Assembly (NCBI RefSeq): GCF_037042905.1
Contig: NC_087249.1
Coordinates: 14,012,001-14,076,000 of the forward strand
Length of the DNA: 64,000 nt
Reading direction: 5' to 3'
Source: Lytechinus pictus
Taxonomy: Eukaryota
Below, piece after piece: positions 50,179-64,000 of the stretch. The position numbers and the translations under genes are program-made. The first letter of the stretch is position 1. Each line of letters begins with the position of its first letter. Under the pieces are notes generated by a model. That model was not told the origin of the DNA and did not search any database. It worked only from the letters and a program-made list of their open reading frames with translations.

Positions 50179-53100
50179 GTGAGTAATAAGCAAGATCTTT
50201 ATAAATGTGCCAAAATGACCAGTGCCCAATAGGCCTATGCGATCATAATCACAAAACCCGGCATGCCAGGGCCGCGACGCCGACGGGGCCGGGGTTGGGG
50301 ACACTGTGAGTGTGCACTGTGAGCATGGTGAGTGTGACTGTGAGTGTGAGTGTGACTGTGAGTGTGACTGTCGAGCTAGTGTCAGTGACTGACAATGACA
50401 TTGACAGTCACTCACAGTGTCTATGTCAAGTAATTTGTCAGTCACTGGCACTGAGGCTAGCACTGTGTCATTGTGTCATCAGTGACAGTGTGAGTGTCAC
50501 TGACACTGGCAGTGGCACTGCACTCCCCTTCTTTCATTTTTTTCATGTCTAAGTTTAGGTCACTCACACGTTTTGCGAGGTTAGTATGCTAGCCTATACT
50601 ATAGCCTAGGCAGGGCTCGACACTAGCGCCGGTCCGACGGTCCCGGCCCAGACCGGTAAAAATCGCTGTCGGGCAAGTATATTTTCAGAAATAGCAAGAT
50701 TTACTGGTCCGACATGACCAGTAAAAAATATCATTGTCGGGCCAGTAATTATTCTAAAAATAGCAAGATTTATGGGTTCGACATGACCAGTAATAAAAAC
50801 CATTGTTAGGCCAGTAACTTTTCCAGAAATTGTCAAATTCACTGGTCCAACATAAACATACAAAATATTCCATGACTCAAATTGCAAACAATTTTCCTCC
50901 CGTTAAATTCTGTCATTCACACACAGAATACACACAGAATGAATCGCATGTAATTTTTACTAGGGTAACATACTGTACATGTACAGTGTACATGAAGCCA
51001 GCCACACAGCCCACATGGTAAATTTTCTACTGGCTGCACGAACGAAACTTGGCTAACCTCTGGCAGAAATCTCACACAGAACTGTCAAAATTCACAGTTC
51101 ACACTCATGAAAAGCTCTTAAAAATATAATGTCCATATTTCCTAAAAATTGGGGTAACTCTGTCATTTTTAAGCAGTAAAAGGAGAAATTTTCACTTCTG
51201 TTTTAGTTCAAACAGATCGGGTTTCGAGTGATATCGTCTGAATACATGGTAGTCGACAAGGAACATATTTATGACAAAGTGAAAGGGCTATAATTGCCCC
51301 TTTAGTTGCAATTAGATTTTTGTTTAATATTTGAAAAATTGAAATAGGAAAAAAAAAGAAATAAGGAAGACTGAAAAGAAGAATTTTATGTAGAACTAAT
51401 TCTCTTTTACACCTCATAAGATAAGAGATCCCCCTACGCGTCCTAGAACAGTTCAATTTGGAGTCCCCCGGCCCCCCCCCCCATACATGTATATGCACCT
51501 TCCCGAATTATATAGCAGAGTGAAATGCTGGCTGCACGAACGAAACTTGGCCAACCTCTGGCAGAAATCTCACACAGAACTGTCAAAATTCACAGTTCAC
51601 ACTCATGAAAAGCTCTTACAATGTCCATATTTCCTAAAAAATGCTGAGCGCCTAGAACGCAACCAGCAGTAAACAAGCAAGCATATAAATAATATCGCGC
51701 GCCCTCTCGCAGCTGTCTACATATATCACCCACGAAAACCTGGATGTGTGATTCAACCTTCTTTGGCATCAACAATTAAATATCGTATTATTTTTATAGA
51801 AAGACAAACTGTCATAGCAAAAATGATTTCACTAGGAATGTAAAATCTAATGTCTGAATAATAAAAAAGTCCATGGAAGTTTCGCGGGTGTTGTGCCTTC
51901 CACTTTCCTGTGTACGATGCTTGAGTTGGAACCTTGAGTGGCACCCTCGGTATATCGATCGGCCAGTTTTGTTTGCAATTTTGAAAGCGAGTGAACGAAC
52001 CCGGCCTTTTCCCCCCTCTTTTGAGGGTCTGGCTACTGCCTCGATGTCAGGATTCTGCTGTCCCTTAGACCTTCATCCATAGACTCGAGATGGATGCATG
52101 ATTTCTTTTTTTTTCTTTAATTTTGGGTGTTTTTGGTACCCCAACCTTGAAGGTACCCATGTTAGTATTTGTTAACTGTGGCAGCCTATGTATGGTTACC
52201 TTCTGGCCTGGGCTCTGGCCCACTCTCTGGGTTAATCTTAAGGGAGAGGCTTCGATTCTAACTTTTTGTGTGTCCGGACCAAAGATTTTAAACAGCCATT
52301 TGGAAAGATTAAGCAACAAGCAAAGTCTCATTAATTTTTAGTACAAAATGGTAGGCAATTTTAGTATAGAGAACATAATTGAAGAAGATTACAGCTATTG
52401 ACAATTCATATTTTTTGTGTAGACTCTAATCCAAAAGGCAAAGACAAAAAAAAGAAGGCTTCAAATTTTAAAGAGTTCTGCCACCCCACCCCATTCTATA
52501 GCCTCTTGTCATGCTTGTCGAGGCCCTGGCGGCTGATATGTCCTCTAACTTGCGAAACGAGTAGGCCTGCAAGTGCGGAGTTAGCCAAGGTCTCTTGACA
52601 TATGAGTTGAGTTTCACTGACTTTCTTTTTGTCTTTCCTTGTTTGAACTAATATTCTGACCAAAAATTGGTCAGTGAAAGTCATCCAATTAGTGCAGAGG
52701 CGGAGGGGTTACTTCTAGGCCTCCATGTAGTAGGCCTACTAGTATTACACATAGATTAGCCATTTATGAGCAATGCTGTCACCTGAAATTTTGAATGTTC
52801 AGACAATGATTACTTGAATGAATTCATGCTGATATATTGCAACTTTCATCTAAAAGTTACAGAAACAGTCGAGTTCAAACTTTGTTCCTCTCTCATAAAT
52901 TGTAATTCTTTGATGAGAGAGGAACAAATGTAAACTTTGAACTCGACTATCATATTCACGAAAATGAATATTTCAATGGTTATTGATTATATGCATACAT
53001 TCGTGAAGTGCTATTTAAAAAATATGGACCTGTGTGCAATATGAGTCACCACTTTTTATCATTAAATTTTTTTTCTCATCAACCAAAGGATTTTAAAGCA

Positions 53101-53504
53101 GTTTTACAATCTCTTTTCTTAGTTCTTGGAGGATTAAATTTGAATTAACGTAATTTCATGTAATAAAATACAAAAGAACAAGTGGGGATACACTGTATGA
53201 CATCATCAGTTTGCTAATTTGTATATTCATGAAGACAAAGGCACTCTTTCACTGAAATACGGCAAATCTTTCAAATATCATAATTTTGTTTGTCAAATTT
53301 TGATCAAATTTTCATTGATTTCTTTGTCTGATTTTTCTTTACCTGTTCAAATCAGACTGGAGTACCCCTCTAAGCCCCTTTGGTTTTAGTCCTGTTCCTT
53401 TATAGAGTTCTTGATGATTTGCTCCTGATGGCTGGTATAAAAGTTACTGCACTGAGAAATTTTTAAATAATTTTTTACTCTCTTTTCTTCTTGTAGATAA
53501 AAAG

Positions 53505-56500
53505 ATGGCTGGTGGCTGGATGCAGATAGCATTGGTTGCCCTGTTCTTGGGTGTGTGCCTGGCATCGCTGAGTGAGAATGAAGGTTCTAGATTTCTAAAG
53601 AAGCCAGTTACTCCTTCCGCTCATGGCTCTCCTTGGCCCATGCCTCAATCCATCTCTGTGATGCCCGATGTCTACGATTTAGCTGCACAGAATGATTTTA
53701 CGTAAGTAGACGAATAATGTTTTTCCCAATGGTAAGTAGGTCAGGTGTTTTTTTTTTAATACCCATAGAAGTACAGCGGGGAAAATATACATGGGGGCTT
53801 GGGGTGATTTTGCCCCCTGCCCCAAAATGCTCTAAAGAGCCCTAGAAACTCATAAAAAGGAGCCCTGGAAAATCTCCATTCATTGCATTGTTATTGCTTA
53901 TCCAATGATTCAAATTTAGGCAATACAGTTGTGAAAATTAGTCCACAAAAATAATGAATTTTTTTTTTGCCTGAAGTACAGTGTCTCCTTTGAAGGGTAT
54001 ACAAACCATCAGCCTTAAAGGTAAATGCTAGTTTTGGTAACGATATCAAAATGAGTTCGTACAGAATCCAATGAAATGACCACCAAAGTGTCTGTTTGTA
54101 TAAATAAAACGCATGTGCCAAAGGATTCTGGAAGAAATTGTGTAATTGCTGAGAAATCAGCAAATAAGCACAGGATTCGGGTAGAGCGTCGGGCCCGACG
54201 CTCAAAGCAATAATTATACACTGTCCCACGTGCGCTTATCTGTGTTGGGGAAGTTCAGTCTGAACATTTTTCAGCGTAGATTTCAAGATTTCACAAAGTT
54301 CAGTTTATGTAACTGTACCAGATCTAGATCCTCGATGATATACTGACAATTAAGCCTGGTTTTACAGACTTTCTCATGAAATCAGTGTTTACTGCAACTA
54401 CTGGAATTTCTCTTTAATAGCCCCACCTCCAGCCCTCAAGTACTCATATCTGGCCAGGGTCATTACCCATAATGCAATATTCTTAGAAGTGTAGTTTTGT
54501 AAAATACATGTAGGCCTACTTGCATTGTAACACACTACTAACTCACCACCCAAGACATTTGTACTGGTCAGAGAAAATGTGTTTCCAATAAGCGATAGCT
54601 AGGTACCTCTCCTCTCAAAACATTTTACTCTCTCTACACAAATGCAATTATAGGATAATTTATCCACAGTATTTACCAAATCATAACTCTACAGTAGTCA
54701 ATGAGAGAAAACACACAGCCTGTATTGGTCAGTTTGCCCCCCCCCCCTCTAAGAAACACTTTAATACAATTTCTCATTAATGCTAGAAATTGCAAATGGA
54801 TTATTATCACATTATTACATAGGATTCTGTTCAAACTCGGGTTTTGATTGTTGCCACAACTGACATTTATGTTTAAATGGGTCCTAATGAATGAAGAAAT
54901 TAACAAATATTAAAATCTAAATTAAAAACAGTACATAGACATACAATACTGTACATAATAGTAAAAAAAAAAAGAAGATGCACAATTATTAACTACAACC
55001 CTATGATGAAGAATGAAATAGCCATAAATTTACAATTATGTGTTCATATGATGATTCAGAACTATGAGCCTTCTTTTCATTTTTTCCAAAATCGGGTTGT
55101 AGGCCAATCGTAAGGTGTAGTGGCCGTTATTAACTATTTTGGGAACACTGTTCTCTGATAAATGCAGGTTGTCAGCCAGCAAGGTACAGTGTGATATATT
55201 GAACAGTGCTTTCAAGCGTTATCGAGCCATTATCTTCAACCGACCAGAAGCTAGGAAAACACCCAAGGCATCTAAACACTTGAAGTTTTCTGCTAATAGC
55301 ATCTTGAGTGGACTAGATGTTGCTGTGAATGAGCCTTGTCCGGATTATCCCGACCTGGAATCTGATGAGAGTTGTAAGTTTCATGTCATCAACTACTTTG
55401 ATAATTTTGTATATCCCGTATTTATGATTCTCGATCAAACTGTTATGTGCTAACAATCGTATGCAACAACAGAGTTATCAACTTCTTTTGTTCAACGTCA
55501 ATGGGAAACATGTATGTGGAATCCAATTTCCTGAACTGGTAACTGATTTTGATTAGTTAAAGTCAATTCCTTAAATATTTCTTTTCTTTTCTTCTTGATG
55601 TATTCTCAAACTTATTCAGACATAGTGAGCAATGGCAGTAACAAAGCCTTCATATGTGATGAGGCCACGTCTGCACACCAAATCTTAACCTGAGGTTAAG
55701 TTTTTGAAATGACAGCATAACTTAAAAAGTATATGGACCTAGTTCATGAAACTTGGCCATAAGGTTAATCAAGTATTACTGAACATCCTGCCTGAGTTTC
55801 ATGTCACATGACCAAGGTCAAAGGTCATTTAGGGTCAATGAACTTAGACCATGTTGGGGGAATCAACATCAAAATCTTAACCGAAGGTTAAGTTTTTGAA
55901 ATGTCATCATAACTTAGAAAATATATGGACCTAGTTCATGAAACTTATACATAAGGTTAATCAAGTATCACTGAACATCCTGCTTGAGTTTCACATCACA
56001 TGACCAAGGTCAAAGGTCATTTAGGGTCAATGAACTTTGGCCGAATTGGGGGTATCTGTTGAATTACCATCATAACTTTGAAAGTTTATGGATCTGATTC
56101 ATGAAACTTGGACATAATAGTAATCAAGTATTACTGAACATCCTGTGCAAGTTTCAGGTCACATGATCAAGGTCAAAGGTCATTTAGGGTCAATGAACTT
56201 TGGCCAAATTGGGGTATTTGTTGAATTACAGCCATAAATTTGAAAGTGTGTTGGTCTAGTACATAAAACTTGGACATAATAGTAATCAAGTATCACTGAA
56301 CATCCTGTGCGAGTTTCAGGTCACATGATCAAGGTCAAAGGTCATGTTAGGTCAAAGAACTTTGGCCACGTTGGGGGTATTTGTTGAATTGCCATCATAT
56401 CTCTATAAGTGTATTGGTCTAGTTCATAAAACGTGGAAATAAGAGTAACCAAGTATCACTGAACATCTTGTGCGAGTTATAGTAGTTTTCAAAATCAGCA

Positions 56501-59500
56501 CTGCTGCTATATTGAATCGCGTGATGCAGGTGAGACGGCCAGAGGCATTCCACTTGTTATGTTACTCATTCCTTCTACGTAAATGCAGCATCTCTTTCTT
56601 TGATTAGTGATTTTTCATACCACCTCGCATAGTGAATTCAAGAACACAGTGAATGTATTGAAAATGCAGGTCAATTCACAATGAACAGCTGAGAGGTATT
56701 TTGTCCAAATTTTGGGAACGGGCCACAGGGACAGCAGATCATCCTAAGTTTTCTGAGCTTACGGAAAATTGCAAATACGTCATTTGTCCACGACATTGCT
56801 GTTTTGATTCACCAATTTCGACAAAGACTTCTTTGTTGCTAATTGTCATGAAGGGCACTCGACAATACATGTTCTATGTCCTTGAAAGCGTTCTACGTCG
56901 CGGTGCAAAAAGTCCCAAGTGTAATGAGATTTCTTCTGAAATTTTAAATTGTTTATAACTTTCATTGCTCCTGTTTATTGTTATTTGATAAATAAAGTTG
57001 TGAATTAATATTGACCCTTTCTATTTTTTTTTACAGACACTCTGATGGTCTCTGAGCCTGTTGCTAATCTAGCTGCTAAAACTGTATGGGGAGCCTTAAG
57101 AGGTATGTTTTGTAAGGCAGAAAAAATGGTTTGTTTTCCATAACTGACCAGCCCAAGTAAAACCTGCCAATTGTAATATTTGTATTCTAATTTAACCGGT
57201 AAAGAATATTTCCTCTGACCCTGATTCTGATAATTTTTGTCATTTTTAAAGAAAAATATGGTGAATGGCATGGTAGCACATTAGTAGAGGATACAAGCAT
57301 CTGACCAACCCTCATGCTCCATTTTATGTGTGATGCCTCTTTGATACATGTACATGAGGAACCCCTGCTGCATGCGCCAGAAAACGTAGATCTACCGCGT
57401 AATAACTGTAATATTTTCTCTGTTATGGAACGCAAACATTATTTTGCCTAAAGAAAGGGGCAGCATACCATACCATAATTTGCTTTCATGAAATACTTCT
57501 ATTACGTCTATAAAAATTACAATATGAATATTTATGTGAATGTCTAAAACTTGAATTCTTGAATTAAAATTTAACAAAGTTATACAGTATAGACATTATA
57601 TAAATTTTCATTGATTGATTCTTTGTTTGAATTTCAATTTGGTCGTTATTTTATCTTTGCTGTTCTGGTTAAGATCATATTACAGTCCAGTAGTGTTACA
57701 ATGTATAAGCCAAAACTTTTGATGGGGTCAGACATAGATATTGGGGCAAAATTTCTTAAAAGCTGTGAACGAGCAAAGGCAAGCATGTGAGCAAAACTTT
57801 TGACCTTTTCAATTTCAGAATCTAAAATCATTTCATAGATTTTGACTTAAAATTCATAGATTTTTATGTATTTCACACTTTCCTTTCATTTTCATTCCTT
57901 TTATCGTATTTTTGTAATCATGAAAATTTTTGGGCCGGTCCATGGCCCCCAAACCCCTTCATCTGTACATCAATGCTATAATTCCATGTATTTATTTAAT
58001 CTTTTCAGGTCTGGAAACATTCAGTCAGCTCATTTATGATGGAGCATTAGCTGGTCAGGTGTGTATAAAGTATATACTTCAATTACTCTATTTGAATAGA
58101 TGGACTGAAAATGAGTCTTTTGCATTTATTTTCACCATTGAACGCCCGTAGACCTGTTTCATTCGCATTGTTACAGAAATATGTACATGTATTCGTGTGA
58201 TTTCCTTTTGGCCACAAACGAGCGTGTGTTTTCTGTACTCTTATCTTCTTATTTACTTTGAGGCATTTTATCATTCAATCATTTTCTGCCTGTATGATGT
58301 AATATGCATTCTTTCTATAGTGTGAACATTTCAACTAGAGCTTGATATCATAGTTGATTGACCACTTTTGCATGTACTGTAAATTTATGATCCCATTTAC
58401 AAGAATTTCCCACTTCAGAGGCGTCTGCATGGATACATGTACATTCACTTTCAAAAGCACAATGTTAGGTACCGGTACCTATTGTATGTTCTTTATAAGA
58501 AAAAAAATCAATGCAACCTCATTAAATCTGGACATCTCAAACAGGAAGTCAATTAAAAAGAGAAAATCATCCTCAATGACAATACAAAGGTTCAGGTTCT
58601 TTGTTAGCAGCTATGACTCATATCTCACAGTAGTAAAAGAAGAGCTTTCATCAAAGGCTCTGGGACTACATGTAGGTCAAACGTTACCCCCTTTTCTTTT
58701 TCACTATTGTACAGGGTTCCTCCTAAGATTATCAAGATATTGTATAAATAGAAAGCCGGGGACACTAGATTAATTACTGGCATGAATAGCAAGTTGAAAC
58801 TGCATTACAATAGAATCTCTTCTGGGTGTCATTGTGGTGGATCAATTAATGACAAGATGTGACTATTTTGTGTGGAGAAAATTTCTAGTCAGCCATTTTT
58901 AAAGGACAGTCAAACATGGTTTACTGACTATCCGTCTGTAAACACCCATCATTTTGTTCCCCTTTAAATGTTGTTTCCTGTTGACTGGTGAATTACATTG
59001 TCCTGTCCAGAAAGCCTGTTTGCCATTTTTCTGAAGCCCGGTTTAACTTAAACCATGGTGTAACGCTGTGCTAGAATTATGGGAAGCCAAAAATGCCAAA
59101 TTTTGTAAACATTGTGTATTGAGTTCCAAAAGTTCATTGTGCTCTTTCATCATGCGATATGATGAAGAGAACTAATTCAGTAATCATTCCCAGACAGATA
59201 TGAATTATCCAATTAACATATGAGCTTATAAATCCAACATGTACTGTTAAAGATTAGTGCCACAATTGGCTATCCATAGTTAGACCACAACTTAAAACTC
59301 GAGTTTAAATTGAACTCAAATTCATTGGGGCATTTCATGAAAATTGTCATCTCTGACTAAATTGTCAGTGCTGTCAATATCAGTGAAATCCTTGGTTTTG
59401 ATTGGTTGAGAGGCGATGGCTTCTGACTGTTACTATGGTAACTGTTGGTGAAAGACAAAGTTGTCAGAGCTCACAACTTTTATGAAACGTTCCCCAAAAT

Positions 59501-62500
59501 ATGGTCCCATCTGTCTATAGAGACCACCTTTATTGTCTCCCTTGGTTGGTCTTTCTAAACATGTTTCACTGTCTAAATTATCATTAAACCCCATAACAGA
59601 AAATGTGACGTTTATATCAATTATTTTCCTTTTTACAGCTTGTCGTAAACAAGACATCAATCACAGATTTTCCACGCTTCAAATATCGCGGTCTCCTGGT
59701 AGACTCATCGAGACACTTTCTCAGTATGTCTGCTGTCTTCAAATGTCTGGTAAATATGTATTATTAATATTTTTTTAACCTAATGAAAGATTACTTGAAT
59801 TCAAAATTATGCTTGTAGTGAGTATATAGAGAAAACACACAAAAAAGACAAGTTTTAACACTTTTTGTTATAAAATTATCAAAATGATGAATATCTGTGT
59901 ACTTTAATCACTTTATTACAGGTTTTTAGCATTTAAGTATTTATTTCGATATTAGTATTTGTATATTAAAAAAATAACTGTGGTGAGTTTCTTTGCAGAT
60001 ATTTAACACCCTTACTTTTTGTCTCACCCACCAGAGGTGAAGTTGAGACTTACATATTTAGGGATCCAAATGTCGTCCGTCCGTCGTCCATCACAAACAT
60101 TATGACACATAACTCTGCAACCGTAAGTCACTATTCAACCAAACTTAGATGGTAGATGTACTTCTAGGATCTGCATGTTATGCTGCATTCGGAGATCACA
60201 TGATAAGGTCAAAGGTTATTTTAGGTCAACATTGAAGTTTTCATGCAAGACTCTTATGACACATAACTCCACATCTGTAAGTCAATTTCAAATCAAACTT
60301 GGGTTGTAGCTGTACTTAGGAGACCTGCATTGTGTTCGGAGGTCACATGGTAAGGTCAAAGGTCGTATTGAGGTCAACATTTCAATTTACATGCAAGACT
60401 CTTACGACAAATGTTATTCCATCCCAGTTATTTCACAATGAACTTTTGATACAATTCTGTTGCGTGCCCTTGTAAATCACGATATTTCTGGTCATTTTCA
60501 CAAGTGGGCGATACGCAACATCGCTCATGCCTTGTCTTAATGATAACCTTTCTAACACTTACCTTCAAATATTCTAGGCATTTCATATCAGGATACTACA
60601 TAGAAATATTGTATCCAATTTTTTTTTGCCCAATTTCATGCGTGCAAAGTGGCTTTGTACCAAAAGAAAGGAAAAGAATATTTTATTTTCAATATGAGGA
60701 CCTGAGGGTTTCAATTTTAGGCATTTGGATATAGATTTAACCATGAATATACATGTACCTGTAAGATTATTAATATATTATTATTTATTTTCGTTTTATC
60801 TGACAACATAATCAAACTTTGAAAATGAATAATCTTTAGTCATCAAAACGTAATATACTTAGGCTTTAGTCGCATATTCTTCCTTTTTTCTTTCTCTCTT
60901 TAACAGGATGCAATGGCCTATAATAAGTTCAATGTATTCCATTGGCACATCGTGGATGATCAGTCATTTCCTTATGAGAGCAAAGCATTTCCTTCAATGA
61001 GTGAAAATGTGAGTTAGATTTTCATTTTATGCTATTTAATGGTATCTTCAGAAATATTCTAAGAGTTGCAATTAACCGTAACTGTAGGGAAATTCTCACT
61101 CCACATCTTTTCACATTGACTAAGCAGTAGGGCATCAGGAAAGCAACAGAGAAATCCTGTATGCGGCAAAGAATTGGACATGACTTTTATTACAGTACCT
61201 GTTAAACCGTTATGATGTTATGATGCACTCGATTCGTCAAGAACCATATAAGAACTAAGGATTTTATGGAAAACTCTATTTTTACTTGCCTCCCAAAAAA
61301 AGTTGAATTATCAAAAATATAGTATAAAATCATGAAAATAAAAAACCAACATCCAATAAAAAAATGTGCATAAATGAAAATATTGCCCATTAAACCTGTT
61401 GGCAATGTTGAGCTTGTGTTTGCCAAATTTTATCTGCCTGGAACTTTACGTTTTCACCAATTACAATCGCCTTATCTGTTCTGTATGTTACCAATGATCA
61501 CATAATATGGTGTTTAGAAATTTGGAGTAGAAGTGGCCATTTGGAAAAAGTGAACAGGGGTCTCTAATCATAATGTAATTAATAATATTCACTGTTTTAT
61601 TGTCTGTCTGTTCTCTTTTCATAAAAATAATAATGCTGTTCTTGTATAGCGCATATCACATGATGTCATAACATCCCAAAAGGACTTGGATATTATTATC
61701 CTAGCTTTGGCCCCACAGTCTTTTACAGGGCGGAGGCATTTCAAGGAATAAATTCCTGCCATTCACCTCACCTAGGTTGATTGCAGCACAAAGTAGATGA
61801 ATTTCTTGCTGAAGAATTATACGCCATGGCTGGGATTCGAACCCACGACCCTCTGTTTCAAAGCCAAAAAACTAATCCACGTGGCCACAACACTCCACAT
61901 GTCACATAGAATCGGCGTCTTATGAATCACATCTGAATCCTTTGCTTCCAATCAACCAGGACGCATACGACCAAAACCATGTGTACACCAGGGAGAACAT
62001 CAAAGCTGTGATCGACTACGCTCGCCTGCGAGGCATCCGCGTCATGCCCGAGTTCGACACGCCCGGCCACACCCAATCCTGGGGGTCGATACCTAATCTT
62101 CTCACCCCTTGTTACTCCGGGACCAAGCTTACAGGTGGATATGGTCCTATCGACCCCACCGTTGACAGCAACTACGATTTCTTGAAGACTTTCTTTCAGG
62201 AGGTTGTCGATCTGTTTCCAGACAAGTATGTCCACATGGGAGGAGATGAGGTCAGCTTCACTTGCTGGTAAGACTTACATTTTTTTGGTGCAAAGGTTTT
62301 GTCGACTTCTTTAAGTGTGACTGTTAGATCATGAATAATAATAGTAAACACTTCTTTTATTGCGCATATCACATGACTGTAACATCTTTATGCCCTTCCA
62401 AAGGACTTGGATAGTATTACCCCGGATTAAGCTTTGCAATCTGAAATATTTACTGCACACGCATTTCAAGGAATTAATTCCTGCCAGGAACCCATTTTCC

Positions 62501-63422
62501 TCACCTGGGTTGAGTGTGAGTGCAGCATCACCTTCATCAATGGTGATTATTTGCTTTATACTATGACTACAACCAACACATCATCTATTGCTACTAGAAA
62601 AACTACTTGTAAAACAAGTACTACTCTTTACTCAACGAGGAGGAGCAACAGCATCAGAAGTTTCTTGAAGGCTTTTTGATCCTAAGCTTTTTTAAGTTTT
62701 GAAGGCTAGTTATCACAAAGGTTCATAATTTATTCAGTGGATTTTTAATAGGGTTCAGTGATTTAAAAAAAAAAAGCTCTGTATTTTTGTAAGGTCATTT
62801 GATCAAAGAGCAAAGTTTGGTTCATTTGTCAAAAGAAAAGACAATTCATTTGACAAAAAAATGTATATTGAGATCATCAATATTAACAAAAAAATGTAGA
62901 AGGGACAAAAGCCTGAAAAAAAGTGTAATATAAATATAAATGGACTACTATGAGAGGCATGCTATTTTTTCCAGAGGATCAAGGGGACTGCAACATGAGG
63001 ATTTGCCCAAGAGCATGATTGGACTGGTGTGGTACCCGCAAGTCAAAAGTATGTTCTACCAATGGACTTGGCCTATACATGTATGTAGTTAGTGTTTAGA
63101 AAAGAAGACATTTAGATATAAAAGAGCCTCTTGGTGTTTTTGTCTTTATTTTTGTGAATGTACAAGTTCTTTCCACCAAATCAACAGGGTTTTTTTAATA
63201 GATCAAATGATTCTTTTCAAAGATTAGAGATTTCAGCTTTCTTCATATCTTGATATTTACAGGAAGAGCAACCCACAAATAACTACCTTCATGCAACAAC
63301 ACCAGTACGGAACAAATTACAGCAAGCTTGAGGAATATTATGAGCAAAGATTACTGGACATCATGGCCGACCTACAGACTGGATATACTGTGTGGCAAGA
63401 GATCGTAGACAATAACGTCAAG
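53505..63422 (+). CDS. HEXB: Beta-hexosaminidase subunit (GH20, HEXA/HEXB-like), first 8 coding exons; 3' end lies outside the window
   Basis: Exons 53505-53701 (signal peptide, PWPMP), 55168-55373 ([17 protein letters not shown]), 57037-57102 ([11 protein letters not shown]), 58009-58058 (LETFSQL), 59639-59749 ([18 protein letters not shown]), 60907-61008 ([22 protein letters not shown]), 61960-62267 ([20 protein letters not shown] catalytic motif), 63263-63422 (WKSNP..VWQE). All GT-AG and in frame. An invertebrate gene is co-orthologous to HEXA and HEXB, so the symbol is approximate. Confidence 0.95.
54019..54413. mobile_element. TTAA-flanked MITE (Kolobok-like) in HEX intron
   Basis: TTAA|AGGTAAATGCTAGTTTTGGTAAC ... 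CAACTACTGGAATTTCTCT|TTAA, imperfect TIRs. Confidence 0.7.
55654..56557 (+). mobile_element. HINE/DINE-1-like non-autonomous element with internal tandem repeats
   Basis: Five ~120-185-bp units containing catgaccaaggtcaaaggtcatttagggtcaatgaact; ends gcaggtgagacggccagaggcattccacttgtt. Confidence 0.65.
60016..60534 (+). mobile_element. HINE/DINE-1-like element
   Basis: Starts tttttgtctcaccca; (CGTC)n microsatellite; two aaggtcaaaggt units; ends gtgggcgatacgcaacatcgctcatgccttgt (subterminal inverted repeat plus short hairpin). Confidence 0.65.
61625..61897 (-). mobile_element. tRNA-derived SINE, same family as 12061-12360
   Basis: Shares acgccatggctgggattcgaacccacgaccctctgtttcaaag and aaggacttggatattatta with the 12-kb copy. 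Confidence 0.8.
62335..62527 (-). mobile_element. 5'-truncated SINE, same family
   Basis: ccaaaggacttggatagtattacccc..gcatttcaaggaattaattcctgccagg..cacctgggttgagtg. Confidence 0.7.
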
Positions 63423-64000
63423 GTCAGTTCACATCTTGAAGTTCTTTGGATTTGAGGAACTAATAGATAAAGGAGAATGAAACCATTGGAATAAGAAAGC
63501 TTGTGTGAAAACGGGGAAATAGAAGAGCAAGATGAATGAAAGTTTGAGAAAAATTGGACGAACAATAGGAAAGTCTCTTTAGGGACAGTGATTTTCCGTT
63601 TCAAAAAATTGCCTTTTCCGTTTCAGAAAATCGGAAATTCCGTTTCAGCATGCCAGAAAACGGAAATTCCGTTTCCCCATAGACTTTGTGTACACGGAAA
63701 ATTGGCAATTCCGTTTACCATTCAGTAGCAATATATCACTCGCGCTGCGCTGGTCAAAATTTGTATCTGCCACTGTACCAACAACGCAGTAGAATCCGCT
63801 CTAATCGGATCTATGCGGGTACACAAAATATTTTCACAAACATATCTGACATAAATACATCCTTACCTTTCACATTATTAGCATTATTTTTTTGTTAAAT
63901 TAAATTTTATCGATAATTTTGGGGTTTTTTGGACATCGTTTCGACCAGTCAGCGACTGTAGCCTATCCGCCATTTTGGATTTCAAGACCGGAAGATCGTG

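Overview
Eukaryotic, AT-rich, intron-containing animal DNA. The repeat types suggest an echinoderm such as a sea urchin, but that is inference only. There are two assembly gaps. Four protein-coding genes can be reconstructed by hand with GT-AG junctions and consistent phases: (1) a complete 6-exon nicotinic acetylcholine receptor alpha-type subunit (minus strand, ~475 aa) with a remodelled aromatic ligand box; (2) a ~709-aa single-coding-exon protein I cannot assign to a family (plus strand), head-to-head with the receptor; (3) a complete 5-coding-exon type II TNF-superfamily ligand (minus strand, ~493 aa) with a long, internally repeated cytoplasmic tail; (4) the 5' part of a GH20 beta-hexosaminidase (HEXA/HEXB-like, plus strand), preceded by CLEAR/E-box motifs. 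Between the divergent TNF and HEX genes lies a ~15-kb cluster of 19 tRNA-Cys(GCA)-derived sequences, all on the minus strand and mostly in ~680-bp tandem units with higher-order structure. The cluster holds 12 canonical-looking genes, one copy with a GTA (Tyr) anticodon on a Cys body, several pseudogenes and fragments, and one copy split cleanly in its anticodon stem by a 1070-bp insertion with imperfect inverted ends (candidate tRNA-targeting DNA element). Many MITEs, tRNA-derived SINEs and HINE-like elements are also present. All coordinates were counted by hand, so small errors are possible.
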